A stretch of 64,000 bases of DNA from Octopus vulgaris (taxonomy: Eukaryota): NCBI GenBank assembly GCA_951406725.2, contig OX597826.1, positions 23,374,001 through 23,438,000 of the forward strand, written 5' to 3'. The notes beneath the pieces were generated by a model. It worked only from the letters and a program-made list of their open reading frames with translations. It did not search any database and had not been told where the DNA came from. This document shows positions 51,021 to 62,571 of the stretch, one piece after another. The stretch's first letter is position 1, and each line of letters starts with the position of its first letter. The position numbers and the translations under genes were made by a program.

Positions 51021-53797
51021 GTTTTCTCTTGTAACTTCATCACTGTCACGGAAACATGGGCGCATTCCTTACTCTGTGATGGGGTTTTCAACATTACGGG
51101 GTACAACCTCTTCCGTAAGGACCGCACTAACCGCCGTGGTGGTGGTGTGATGGTCTACGTTCGTTCAAATTTTTTGGTAATTCCTTGTGCCGATTTGAAC
51201 GAATCACAAGAAGAAGTTTTTTTCTGTGACGTGCGTATGACCATGTCAACACTCCTGCTTGGCGTTGTTTATCGTCCCCCAAGTTACCATCGGGACACAC
51301 AGCTTTGCAATGTCCTCCGAGCTGCTGCCAGGAAAACAGCCACTTATGTGTTTATTGCAGGCGATTTCAATCATCCTGAGATCGATTGGGAGACCTTCCA
51401 TTGGCCACAGAGTGCAAACGATTTTGTTGAGCTTGTGCTGGACTCAAACTGGTCACAAGTAGTCACCTCTCCAACAAGAGGCGACAACACCTTGGACCTG
51501 CTCTTCACCACAACTCCTGAAGCGGTTATCAATTGCACTACGGAGGAACCTCTAGGTGACTCTGATCATGCTATGATCATCGCCAATCTGGCTCTTGCGG
51601 GCAACAAAAACCTGAACCATCTCCAATCTGCTTCCTTCGATTGGAAGAGAGCAGATTGGAACCTGTACCACACTGAACTACAGCACCCAAACTGGCGTGA
51701 ATTCTACAACTCTGGAGATGTGAATACTATACTCCAGAGTATCCTGGACTCAATATGGGCAGCATGTGCAGCATCAGTGCCACGTAAACAAAAAAGAAGA
51801 ACCGCCCCAAAAGGGCAATTTGGGAAACTTCAGCGGTCCGACTTGCCAGGAGGGAACGTCGGACTGCTGAACGGGAATACAGGTTGCATAAATCAGACAC
51901 CAACAGGAAGAAGCGGAATAAATCCTCCAACCATCTCAAGCAAGTGACAAAAAAAGCAGTGCTTGAATTTGAACAGTGCATAGCAGCCAATCCTGACAGC
52001 AAGGTTTTCTGGAAATATGTGCACTCAAAGCAGAGACCTCACTCTCCAGTGGGCCCTCTTCGCAACCCTCACACAAACCAGATCACTGACGACCCCAAGG
52101 AATGCGCAGAACTCATTGCCGAGTGCTATGCAAACATATTCACTGTTGAAAGTCAAAATGTACCATCTTCACCATCACTAACAGCAAACTCCATAACAAC
52201 TATGGAATTTACACCTGCAATGCTGCGACGTCACCTTCAAAATAAGCGCAACTATGCCTCCCCTGGTCTCGATGGAGTTACATACCTGCTTCTCAAACGT
52301 GGCAGGCACTTCCTTTTACACCAGCTTTCTATTTTCTTCCAGTACTGTCTCAACAATGGTGCTACTCCGGAGCAGTGGAAAACTGCCAGTGTCATTCCTC
52401 TGTTCAAAAAGGGCGACCGCACATCACCTGTCAACTATCGCCCAGTCAGTCTCACTAGCTGTATTGCAAAACTGATGGAATCGTGTGTCAGAGAAACACT
52501 CTGGAACTTCTGGAGCTCTCACAGTCTCATCCGACCCTCACAATATGGATTTGTCCCTAACTCCAGCTGCAGTGACCAGCTTGTCGAGTTCCTTGAGGAC
52601 ATTACTCAGATTACTGACAGTGGCTCATGGGTGGATGTTGTCTACCTTGACTTTGCTAAGGCTTTCAACTCTGTGCCACACAAAAGGCTTATGGTGAAAC
52701 TCTCTGCAATGGGTGTGGGGGATGACCTTTTTAACTGGTTGAAATCCTTCATCCTCAGCCGAAAGGAGGTAGTCACAGTTCTAGGACAGCACTCTACACC
52801 ATATGAGATGTCATCGGGTGTACCACAGGGATCTGTCCTTGGCCCCCTCTTGTTTGTGGCATACATTAACGACATAGATGCCAATTTAGAGAATGCCACA
52901 GTATTGAAATATGCAGACGACATCAAGCTGTACCTTGAAATCAAGAGGACAGATCCTGATGTCTACAACTCTTTCCTGCAATCAGACCTAGACACAATGC
53001 AGCAATGGATCACAGACTGGCAACTGAAACTGGCTGTGGACAAGTGTACCACCATGCATTTTGGGAGAAAAAACCCTGCGTTCACATACTCCCTCCACAA
53101 CACTGATATCAAGAAATCCTCTTGCGAGCGTGACCTAGGCATCACTGTCAGCAGTGATTTGCGTTGGTCAAAGCATATCTCTAAGATTGTCAGGAAGGCC
53201 GAGGGTGTCTTGGCATCACTCAGCAGGTCTTTTGTTAGCCGCTCTCCAGCCATCTATTTAAAACTGTATACAGCTATGGTACGACCACACTTGGAATTCT
53301 CATCATCAGTTTGGAACCCCTATCTTGCACAGAACATTGACCTCCTGGAATCTGTCCAGAGACGTGCAACCAAACGCATACCCTCCATCAGACACCTACC
53401 ATATTCTGAGCGCCTTGTTTCCCTGGGCATGGATTCACTGAAGCTCCGGCGTTTGGCGACGGACTTGGTAAACACCCACAAAGTTATCAACCACCTCACC
53501 AACAACAACACTGAACACCTTTTTGATCTCCATGTGTCTAACACACGTGGACATGCCTACAAAGTCAGAAAACAATACAGCTCCCATGACTTTCGGAAAC
53601 ATTTTTTCACGCTCAGAGTTGCTGAAGCATGGAATAAACTGCCTGCGTCAGTTGTTGACTGCCATGACACTGCATCTTTTAAGGCCCTCATGCTTTCCGA
53701 AATCCGCCGAAACTTCACCTGATTATATATACACTTTGGATGAGTTGTAGTGCACCTGAGCACTGTACACAATTATTATTATTATTATATTATTATT
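51021..53797 (+). mobile_element. CR1/L2-group LINE, 5'-truncated; near-intact endonuclease-RT ORF with one frameshift near 51790
   Basis: APE motifs VTETW, RKDR..GGGV, GDFN, LDL, SDH; RT motifs YLDFAKAF, GVPQGSVLGPLLF, YADD; (ATT)n tail. Confidence 0.92.
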
Positions 53798-54231
53798 AAA
53801 TCAATTTCTGGGAACCCGTGAATAGATAAAAAATTCGTGTTGTTTATGAATATGTGGTTGTGGTGTATGCGAGAGATTCGAAATAAAGGCACCTACCTTC
53901 TCTTCGCTCAGATGGAGACCCTTCAACGGTAATGGATCCTTCAACACAACCCGACCCGAACGCTAGAAATAGCAGCCGCTTCTCCCAACTTTAACAACGT
54001 GCTGACCCCGTCTTACTCGCTCGGCGACCTCCGTCGAAGAAAGGCAGAATCCTGCCCTACCTGCGCGCGTGTTACTGCTGCCCCTTCCGGTCAGCTCCCC
54101 AGCTGCTGACGTCATCCCACACGCCACCCTGATCTTAAAGATCACAATCTCTCTACTCCATGTCGTAGTCCACCATCCAACCGGGAGAGCGCCTTGAGCG
54201 TCGAGATCTTCTCAAGCTAGGCACCTCGTTC

Positions 54232-55444
54232 GGTAAAATTACAGATTAACACCCGCACGATTTTCACTAAGAAAAAAAAAAAACTCGGATTTTTTGCGTG
54301 GAATCAAGTACCCTGACCTCCTAATATGCTGCAAATCCCATATTTTGGTCCGGAATTGCTCCGGAAGGGGGGGCGGTTACCCCCCCCCCCCGGAATTTTC
54401 ACAAGGGAAAAAAAAAACCCCTCAGATTTCTTGCGTGGAATCAAGTACCCTGACCTCCTACTATGCTGCAAATCCCATATTTTGGTCCGGAAAGGGGGGG
54501 TAACACCCCCCCCGGAATTTTCACATGGAAAAAAAAATCAGATTTTTTGCGTGGAATCAAGTAACCTGACCTCAAAAACAAAAAAAACCCCGAATTTTTT
54601 AGATACCTTTCTGCTTTTTAAGACAATAAAGTGTTATTGGAGGGAAATCTAGCTGCTATTTCTAGCTGCCTGAATGACAACATAGCGATTTACAGATAAA
54701 TGAATTAATTACTATTTTAATGAATTAATTATATAAATTAAATAATTCTTGAAAATTAATTAATATTAATAATATTTTTTGAACAAAGTAAATAATTTTT
54801 AAAAACTTAAATAATAATTTTTTTTTACACAAACGCGAACGTATATAACGCGCAAAATTATTCCGTAGAATTTATCAAATTAAAAAACGCAAAATTAATA
54901 TATTTTTTGAAATTGCAAATTATTTAGAATATAAAAATATACAAAAATAAAACAAATGAAGTTAAGTTTAAAAATAAATGTGATACCTATGCTCTGTAAG
55001 TTGCTTCTTTTGTCCAATTAATATAATATATCAATAATTTGTTCACACTTCAATTTACTATTTTCTAGAATTTATAAATTAATTCATTAAAATAGTAATT
55101 AATTCATTTATCTGTAAATCGCTATGTTGTCATTCAGGCAGCTAGAAATAGCAGCCAGATTTTCCTCCAATAACACTTTATTGTCTTAAAAAGCAGAAAG
55201 GTATCTAAAAAATTCGTTTTTTTTTTTGTTTTTGAGGTCAGGTTACTTGATTCCACGCAAAAAATCTGATTTTTTTTCCATGTGAAAATTCCGGGGGGGG
55301 GGGTGTTACCCCCCCCCATTCCGGACCAAAATATGGGATTTGCAGCATATTAGGAGGTCAGGGTACTTGATTCCACGCAAAAAATCCGAGTTTTTTTTTT
55401 TTTTCTTAGTGAAAATCGTACGGGTGTTAATCTGTAATTTTACC
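54232..55444. mobile_element. Non-autonomous foldback DNA transposon, Merlin-like
   Basis: GGTAAAATTACAG...CTGTAATTTTACC termini, inverted arms of about 370-500 bp, 8-bp TSD CCTCGTTC. Confidence 0.85.
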
Positions 55445-56612
55445 CCTCGTTCTCCCCCTCTCCACAATCGTCGTCCGTCGAAGTGACAATCCTGCGAAGG
55501 TCCAAGACGTGTCGCGGCATTCCATCCACGGAGACGTTGTTTCTGGAATTGACCGCCGTCACCGTTCCTCTACTCCATTGAGACGTACAGCGCGCCTTTG
55601 GTGGCTTAACCCAGACTTCCTCCCCTATTTTCACGCAAGCGAGTCCCTTCTCTTCCTCGTGGACCTCCGGCGCTTTACTCGGGTGCCTCCATTCATATTT
55701 AAATACAGCTCTCTGCGGCACAGATTCTTCAGCTTGTACCAAAAAACTGCTTCAAGCGGCGAAATGTGCCCTCTTTCCGCTATGGCTTTGACTGTCCGAT
55801 GGTGCCTCTCTACGATCACGCTACCGCTCGGCCTATACGCTGCTCTGAACAAGCGACGCACCTTCCACCGGTCAAGCATATTCCTCAATGCTTCCGAACG
55901 AAACGCCACCCCGTTGTCCATTAGCAGTTCTTCCACGGGACCTCTCTCTAAAAATATCCCGTTCAAGATCTGCGCAATCTCGTCAGCAATGCCTGTTCTC
56001 AACTCCCTCCAAATGGCCAGCCGGCCCGGCCCGCAGTCGACCATGGAGATACATTCCCTGATGGTAGTGCGTCACATCCACAGCTAGCCTTTTCCAGTTA
56101 TGCTCCACCGGAAGGTTTCCCTGATCATGCCCACACGGAGCAGGGTCAATGGACTGACACCTGTCGCAGCTTCCGACCACTTTCCGGATGCTTCTCCTAG
56201 TGACGTCAGCATCAATTTTCTTCGCCAGATAGCATGCAATCTCTTCAGTTCAGAGTCATCCAACCGACACGCCGCAGCTATCCCTTTCCGGGCCTCCACC
56301 GGTTCCTCCAACCACGCCCTTTTCACCCTGGTCAGTGCGTCCGTCCTGTTTTTCTCCGAAGGCACGAAAACCACGTTCAGCTTCAGTCCGAAACTCAGCA
56401 ATCAATTCTCCTATAACTCCTAGACGGCGCTTCACCAATATCGTGGCACCTTTCGTCCGAATTCTCCTTTCACCGGTGATCACCGATCCTACCCAGCCAA
56501 GCGCAGTGGCCGAATCCGTCCGGATTTCAATTGTGCGCAGCCCCCATTTCAGGGCCAAGTTCACCCCTTTTCAGCACCGCGTCTAATTCGGTGACATTGA
56601 TGTGTTTGAAGT

Positions 56613-57213
56613 TGTAGTGATACTATAACGGTGCGCGCTCGCGCACCGTCCATTTTCTATTTCGCGCGTGTTGGTGCCTTCACCAAGGCACAGAAAGGAA
56701 GGGCCCTCTCGCGCATGCGCGAACCACCGGAAGCACGACCCTTTTGCCTACCTGGTGGTTAGCCAAGGTAAGGGGGTCGTAGAACGTTTGACCGCTGGCA
56801 GCAGCAGCGGCGACTTGGGACAGCAGCGATTGAAGGAGACAGTCACGCATATTTTCTCTCCGTTCGAACTTGCTTCTAGCAGTCCTTACCAAAAGGCCTT
56901 TAACCTGGATTGTTGCAGACATCATCTTCTTCCTCCGGACGCCATTTTGACCCTTTCTGTTTTGGCGGCTGAACATTGTAAATATTACAATCGATTAACT
57001 TTCAGCCTTGCGCGCCCCGAACCAAGGACATCAGATAACTACTTATTGTTATTGTTACAAAGAAAGAGAATAAAGTAGTATATATATATATTTTACGTCT
57101 GCGTCTTGTTTCTGACTAGTAGAATTCTGGATTATTAAAGCAACGAAAAGTGATTGCTTTCTTGTACCCCGAAAGTACAAGAGAAGATATTCACTCACAC
57201 TAAGTTCGTTACA
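56613..57213. mobile_element. Solo LTR inserted in the Gypsy RNase H region
   Basis: TGTAGTGA...TCGTTACA, 4-bp TSD AAGT; removing it restores ADDF-KHINVTELDAV. Confidence 0.85.
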
Positions 57214-59770
57214 AAGTCATCTGCTTTCCGAAGCCAGGCCGCGTCCTCCACCGCAGCACCTTCGATCGCCAACACAACCCCTATTGCTATACTGCCAGCA
57301 TCACACCAGACGGTCCCGCATTCCGTCTTGGGCACGTACCAGTTCTCCCTGACCGGGTCTTCCGCTCTCGTCCTCTCTAGGATTTCCTGCATCATCGCCA
57401 CCGTCCCTTCTCCCACCTTGTTGCCCCAACTCTCCCCCTCCGCTCGTCTCTTGGTGTAACTGCACGCCGTGCGCAGCCATCAAGCGATCGGGTAGTGACC
57501 GACCAACTTCCCACACACCGAGAACAGCTCTCTCCTGCTGACGCTGGAACTCAGCTCTGGGATTTCATTCCCTCTCCGGAACACCAACTCACCCGATCTA
57601 TCTCTTCGCAGCTTCAGCCCCAGTGCGGCTCCCCCTTCCATCGACTCCGGTGGCTTCGCAATCAGTCGGAACTTCTCCAGATGTCTACCTCGTTGGCTGG
57701 CACTAGTGCTGTCCACCAAAATGTCGTCAATGTAGGAGCTGGTGGCCTCTCTAATCTTGCCGTCTTTCCCTAGGACGGACTTAAGCAGTGCCGCCATGAT
57801 CTTCGGAGCGGAATTCAGTCAGAAACCCAGCCTGGTTAAACAGTACGTCCGGCCTTTTACTGCACCAGCTGATATCGCCACAGTTTGTCGCTCACATGGA
57901 GCTGCAAGTATGCCGATTTCAAGTCGTCAATCGTCGCTGCCTTGGTCGACTGTCTCCACGCACGTAACGTCTCGCCACAAACGTCTGTCGCTTCCCCTCC
58001 CGTGTGACACGATATATGCTGGTCTAGCTCCCTGAAGTCCAGCACCGGTCTGACTTTTCCCTTCGTAGGCTGCACCACCACCATCAGGGGTAGCACTCCG
58101 CCTGCTACCCCCTCCTCCCAAGGGACAAGGACCCCTTCCTCGATCCACCTCTCCACCTCGTCTTCAAACTCGACCCTGGCGTGGCCTTTCAGGGTGTGCT
58201 GGTAGCAGCTCACTCTGTTTTTCAGCATCGGAGGCTCGTCCTTCCATCGCCACTCTATCGTCCACCGCTGACCATCGAACGCCACCTGAAAATCTTTATC
58301 CTCGATGGTATAAGCGGTGCAGTCCCTCGCGGGGCTCTGCTCTCTCTGGCGATCCTGACTCGCAGTGCACGACGCCCCCACGCTTCCGAACGTGACCTCT
58401 TCTCCCACAATACTGACGCCACCGAGGCGGTTGATGGCATCCATCACCACATCAACCCCATCTATCACGCGTTCGGCCACAATTACCTGCAGCCTTAGCG
58501 TGGCGCCGCGCACCACTATCTCTACCTTGCTGCTGCCTTTGCAACGGATTTCGCTGCCGTCGACCGCCCGGACGCTACTTGCCCCGTTCCATTTCTTCGT
58601 CACCCTTGAAGTCACAAGGGTGGTCGTGCAGCCCGTGCCACGAGGGCCTTGAACGTCTTCCCCTCGGCCTCCACATCAATTAATGGCAGCGTCTCCAAAA
58701 GCGCCTCTACTCGTTTGCGGGAAAAGTTCGAGAGGCAGCAACTTCCCCGCGGTCGTTTCCCTGGTCGCAATCACGGGCGATGTGCCCTGTCTGCCAGCAT
58801 CGATAGCAAACGTGCCCCGGTTGCGTATACTCCCTCGCCATGTGCGACCCCTGACATCTAAAACACCGACTTGAGAACGGCCGCTGTCGTTGCACGGTGG
58901 GCTTCTGCACGTCTTTCTCCATCCGTCGTCCGTCTTTACGCACCTCCGTTACCGCCATCGCTATCGCCTTCCACCCAGAGTGCCGCGTCAACACGCGGGC
59001 TTGAGTCACAAGTTCGCTCAGCGCCATCTTTTTACTCTCGGGCAATTGTTGTAGGTGAATCCCTACATCGTCGGGGAACCCATTTACGAACGCCAGTCGC
59101 GCTGCTCTCTCCAGCCCTTCTCCTGTAAACCCAACCAGCGTCGCTAACCTTCGAACTTCTGCCGCGTATTCGTCCACCTGTCCTCCTGTCCATCTAATCG
59201 TACCCAGCTTAGCAAAAGCTGTGTACTCACACTCTGTGTAGGCATCCCTCAGACGTTGCTCTATCTTTTCCGCGCTCAGACGTTCTTCCTCGTCCATCTC
59301 GTCCATATAGCGTCAACGCGCTCCCTTCCAAATACAGCGTCATAAGACTTGCCACATCGCTTATACCTTGCAGTCTTGCCACCAGCCTGATTTTACACAT
59401 CCAGGCCACTACATCGCCTTCACCATTAAAGGGTCTGATGATGTCGCTGGCGATCCTGATTTTCGCTGCCATCGTGGTGACGTCTTATATGGAGCGCCGA
59501 AATATCTTGAGGTGTATGCGAGAGATTCGAAATTAAGGCACCTACCTTCTCTTCGCTCAGATGGAGACCTTTCAACAGTAATGGATCCTTCAACACAGCC
59601 CGACCCGAACGCTAGAAATAGCAGCTGCTTCTCCCAACCTTAACAACGTGCTGACCCCGTCTTACTCTCTCGGCGACCTCCGTCGAAGAAAGGCAGAATC
59701 CTGCCCTACCTGCGTGCGCGTCACTGCTGCCCCTTCCGGTCAGCTCCCCAGCTGTTGACGTCATCCCACA

Positions 59771-60265
59771 GAATATGAGTTCTGTCGTGGAACCAATGCA
59801 TCCCAGACAGCTCAAAACATAAATGAGGTGTTTGGTGAAGATGTGGCGAACGAGCGCACTGTACATCGATGGTTTGAGAAGTTCCGGTCTGGTGACTTTA
59901 CTCTTGAAAATTAGCCCTGTGGTAGAGCTGAGACCAAGGTGGATAATGATGAGCTGGAAACTGGGCAATCTTTTGTTTCCAAGTAGAACAATTAGAGAAG
60001 AAGTGTATATCAGGTCATTTAGAATGAAATGTCTGATTTTGAACTGAAAGTTTAATTTACTTTATCTCAACAAAAAGCAATGCAGTGCACCTAAATTATC
60101 AGCATAATTTTTACTATTTTTATCGGTAGCTTATACACACTTGTCCAGTTCCTTTACCTTGTCGATTTGTTTCATATATGGTCCAATACAGTTGGAATCG
60201 AAACATCAAGCCTTGTTGCTAACTCACGCGTATTTTGAGATATATCCATTTCCGCTACAGTTTCC
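59771..60265. mobile_element. Mariner transposase relic; 5' part on plus, 3' part inverted
   Basis: KIRVVYEY|EFCRGTNASQTAQNINEVFG...RWFEKFRSGDF reads across the Gypsy TSD; SQNTRELATRLDVSIPTVLDHMKQIDKVK on minus at about 60240-60150. Confidence 0.8.
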
Positions 60266-60364
60266 GGTTTAGTCAATGCCATGAGGACAATTTCAGACAA
60301 GCCGTGAAGGTGGTGGCCATTTTATTTATTTTATTTTCAATTGTAATGTTCAGTATGTACCCTT

Positions 60365-60526
60365 CTCCTCATCATCAGCAACAGCAACAGCAGCATCCTC
60401 ATCATCATCGCCGTCGTCATTCTCATCATCATCATCTCCCCCATTACCACCATCATCATTACCACCACCACCACCACTGTCAATCGCCTTCACTGCCGAT
60501 ACCACCACCACCACCATTATCATCAT

Positions 60527-60566
<40 letters not shown>

Positions 60567-60615
60567 GATGACAACAACAATGATGCTGCTGACGACGATG
60601 ACAATGATGATGATG
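60365..60615. repeat. Compound CAT/CAC/CAG/GAT trinucleotide microsatellite
   Basis: Direct reading of the sequence. Confidence 0.9.
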
Positions 60616-60777
60616 CAACTTGTTGATCCCTGTGTAGGAATACGACCGTATGTGAGGAGGTTGGTGACATAGGTTTCCTTTGTAAGCCACACGGTCGCAT
60701 CCCTAACAAAATAAGATAAGCCATTATACAACTTATACAACAGTGCCAACAGAATATAAATGAATGACAAGCCGTTC

Positions 60778-61595
60778 CACTGTTTGAGAGAAAATAAGAT
60801 TTTATTTACAAGGTGTTAAGGTTAGAGGGTTGTGAGTGCTAGCCAGTGTTGTGTATGTGTGCATGCATCAAGTGTTTGTGTATGTGTATTCGTGTGTGTT
60901 ATAAGAGTGAACTTAGAGAACAAATAGAAATGTCCAGACACAAGATAGAGATAAATACCAGTTCGTAAGGTACACAATAGTAGTTCGTTCTGTGTCAATG
61001 AAGTTGGGGGAAAGAGGAGAGCAGTTACTACGCGTGTAGAAGTTGGGGCTTCGATCCATTTGTCAGGTTACATCGGTACAGAACATTTCGCCGGTAGAGT
61101 TGTGCTGTTAACCTTGGTGTGTATACACGAACAGCGTGTAAGCTAAACTTGAGCGAGTTGCTGTGTACATATCGTTGAGGTCGACGGTGGTGAAGGCGAC
61201 GGTAGAGAACGGTGACAGTGGTGGAGACGTCCTGCGTTGCTGGTGAATGTTGGCATCGTCGCTGGTTGTAGCAGGAACATGGCTGGTGTGGTCGTCGCTG
61301 GAACTGGCTGCTCTGTGGTGGTGTGGTCAATGGCCGAAGACCAAAGACCCGGAATGATAAATTCTGAGGCATTTTAAAGCATTCTAGAGGCTCCCGAAGA
61401 ACATCCAAAAGACTGTGTCATGTGACCTTATCCTAAGGCCGTGATTAGTTGGCTTTGGGCAGTGGCGCGAAATAAAGTAGAGACAAACGGCGTCACATGT
61501 CAACCAATCAGATCAGTGGACACAACAGGAACAACCCAGCCAAAGATGGCTGTAATCTCAAACGAGATCATTCCTGTTGTGTCTCTCAAACAGTG
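60778..61595. mobile_element. Interspersed element with 14-bp terminal inverted repeat, related to about 29500-29950
   Basis: CACTGTTTGAGAGA...TCTCTCAAACAGTG; shares blocks with the Helitron cargo. Confidence 0.6.
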
Positions 61596-61769
61596 AGGAT
61601 ATCAGCTACCGCTACACTTGCAATTATGTCTGGAATTTGATTTTGATGAGAGAAAGCAGAATATACCTTACACAACTATTCCATTTTATTCTGGTCCTCA
61701 ACAGTCATGTTTGAAATATTTCTCTTTATCATCATCACCACCATGATGATGATGATGATCATTATTATT

Positions 61770-62571
61770 GAAGCTAGCATGATCCACTGGATGTGTGATG
61801 TCAGTGTCCATGCACGACAGTGTAAGCGCCCTGAGAGAAATGTTGGACATAAGAAGCATGTGACGTGCAGGAGATTCGTTTGCGTTGGTATGGTCATGTA
61901 CTACGGATGGATGAGGAGAGATGTGTGAAGAAGTTCCACTCCCAGACTGTTGAAGGAATCCGGGGTAGAGGTAGACTCAGGAAGATATGGGATGAGGTGG
62001 TCAAGCATGACTTTCGTACGTTGGGCCTCACAGAGGCTATGTTGAAAGACCAAGACCTCTGGAGATATGCTGTGACTTCGAAGACCTGACAAATGAAGTG
62101 AGTTCATGGCTCGCAGGACGGCCTGCTGTGCTAACCTTGGATCGTAGGGTGACCCGCTGTGCTTGAGGAGACCTATTGAGTCAAGTACGTCAGCACCAAC
62201 ATCAAAAGAAAAATCAAATGGAAATTGTAGTTAATATACCCTTGCCAGTGGCACGAAAAAAGCATCACCCGAACGTGGCTGATGCCAGCGCCGCGTGACT
62301 GACATCCGTGTTGGTGGCACATAAAAAGCAACCTCCAATCATGGCCGATGCCAACTCCTCTGGTGCCTGTGCTGGTGGCATGTAAAAAGCACCCACTACA
62401 CTCTTGGAGTGGTTGGCATTAGGAAGGGCATCCAGCTGTAGAAACACTGCCAGATCAGACTGGAGCCTAGCGCAGCCTCCTGGCTTCCCAGACCCCAGTC
62501 GAACCGTCCAACCCATGCTAGCATGGAAAACAGACGTTAAACGATTATTATTATTATTATTATTATTATTA
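61770..62571 (+). mobile_element. RTE-like LINE 3' fragment with (ATT)n tail
   Basis: Near copy of 13670-14570. Confidence 0.85.

Larger units (their letters stand above)
53853..59770 (-). mobile_element. Ty3/Gypsy-like LTR retrotransposon, degenerate
   Basis: 263-bp LTRs at 59508-59770 and 53859-54121 (TG..CA, about 12 mismatches by eye); TSD GAATA; gag with CCHC knuckle (CYRCWQTGHIARDC), protease relic, RT (DLKSAY, YIDD), RNase H (CDA, TDS), integrase (MDNG, ERHHR) in Gypsy order. Confidence 0.92.

Noticed and set aside
51790-51796. Programmed -1 frameshift site AAAAAAG
   Set aside because: Not phased as X XXY YYZ in the upstream frame; a homopolymer indel is simpler
60158-60270. Distal NDUFB7 promoter or 5' exon (CCGGAA motif, AAG|gtaaag donor)
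   Set aside because: The sequence translates as mariner transposase (TRELATRLDVSIPTVLDH)
60235-60770. His/Ser/Asp-rich ORFs
   Set aside because: By-products of trinucleotide microsatellites
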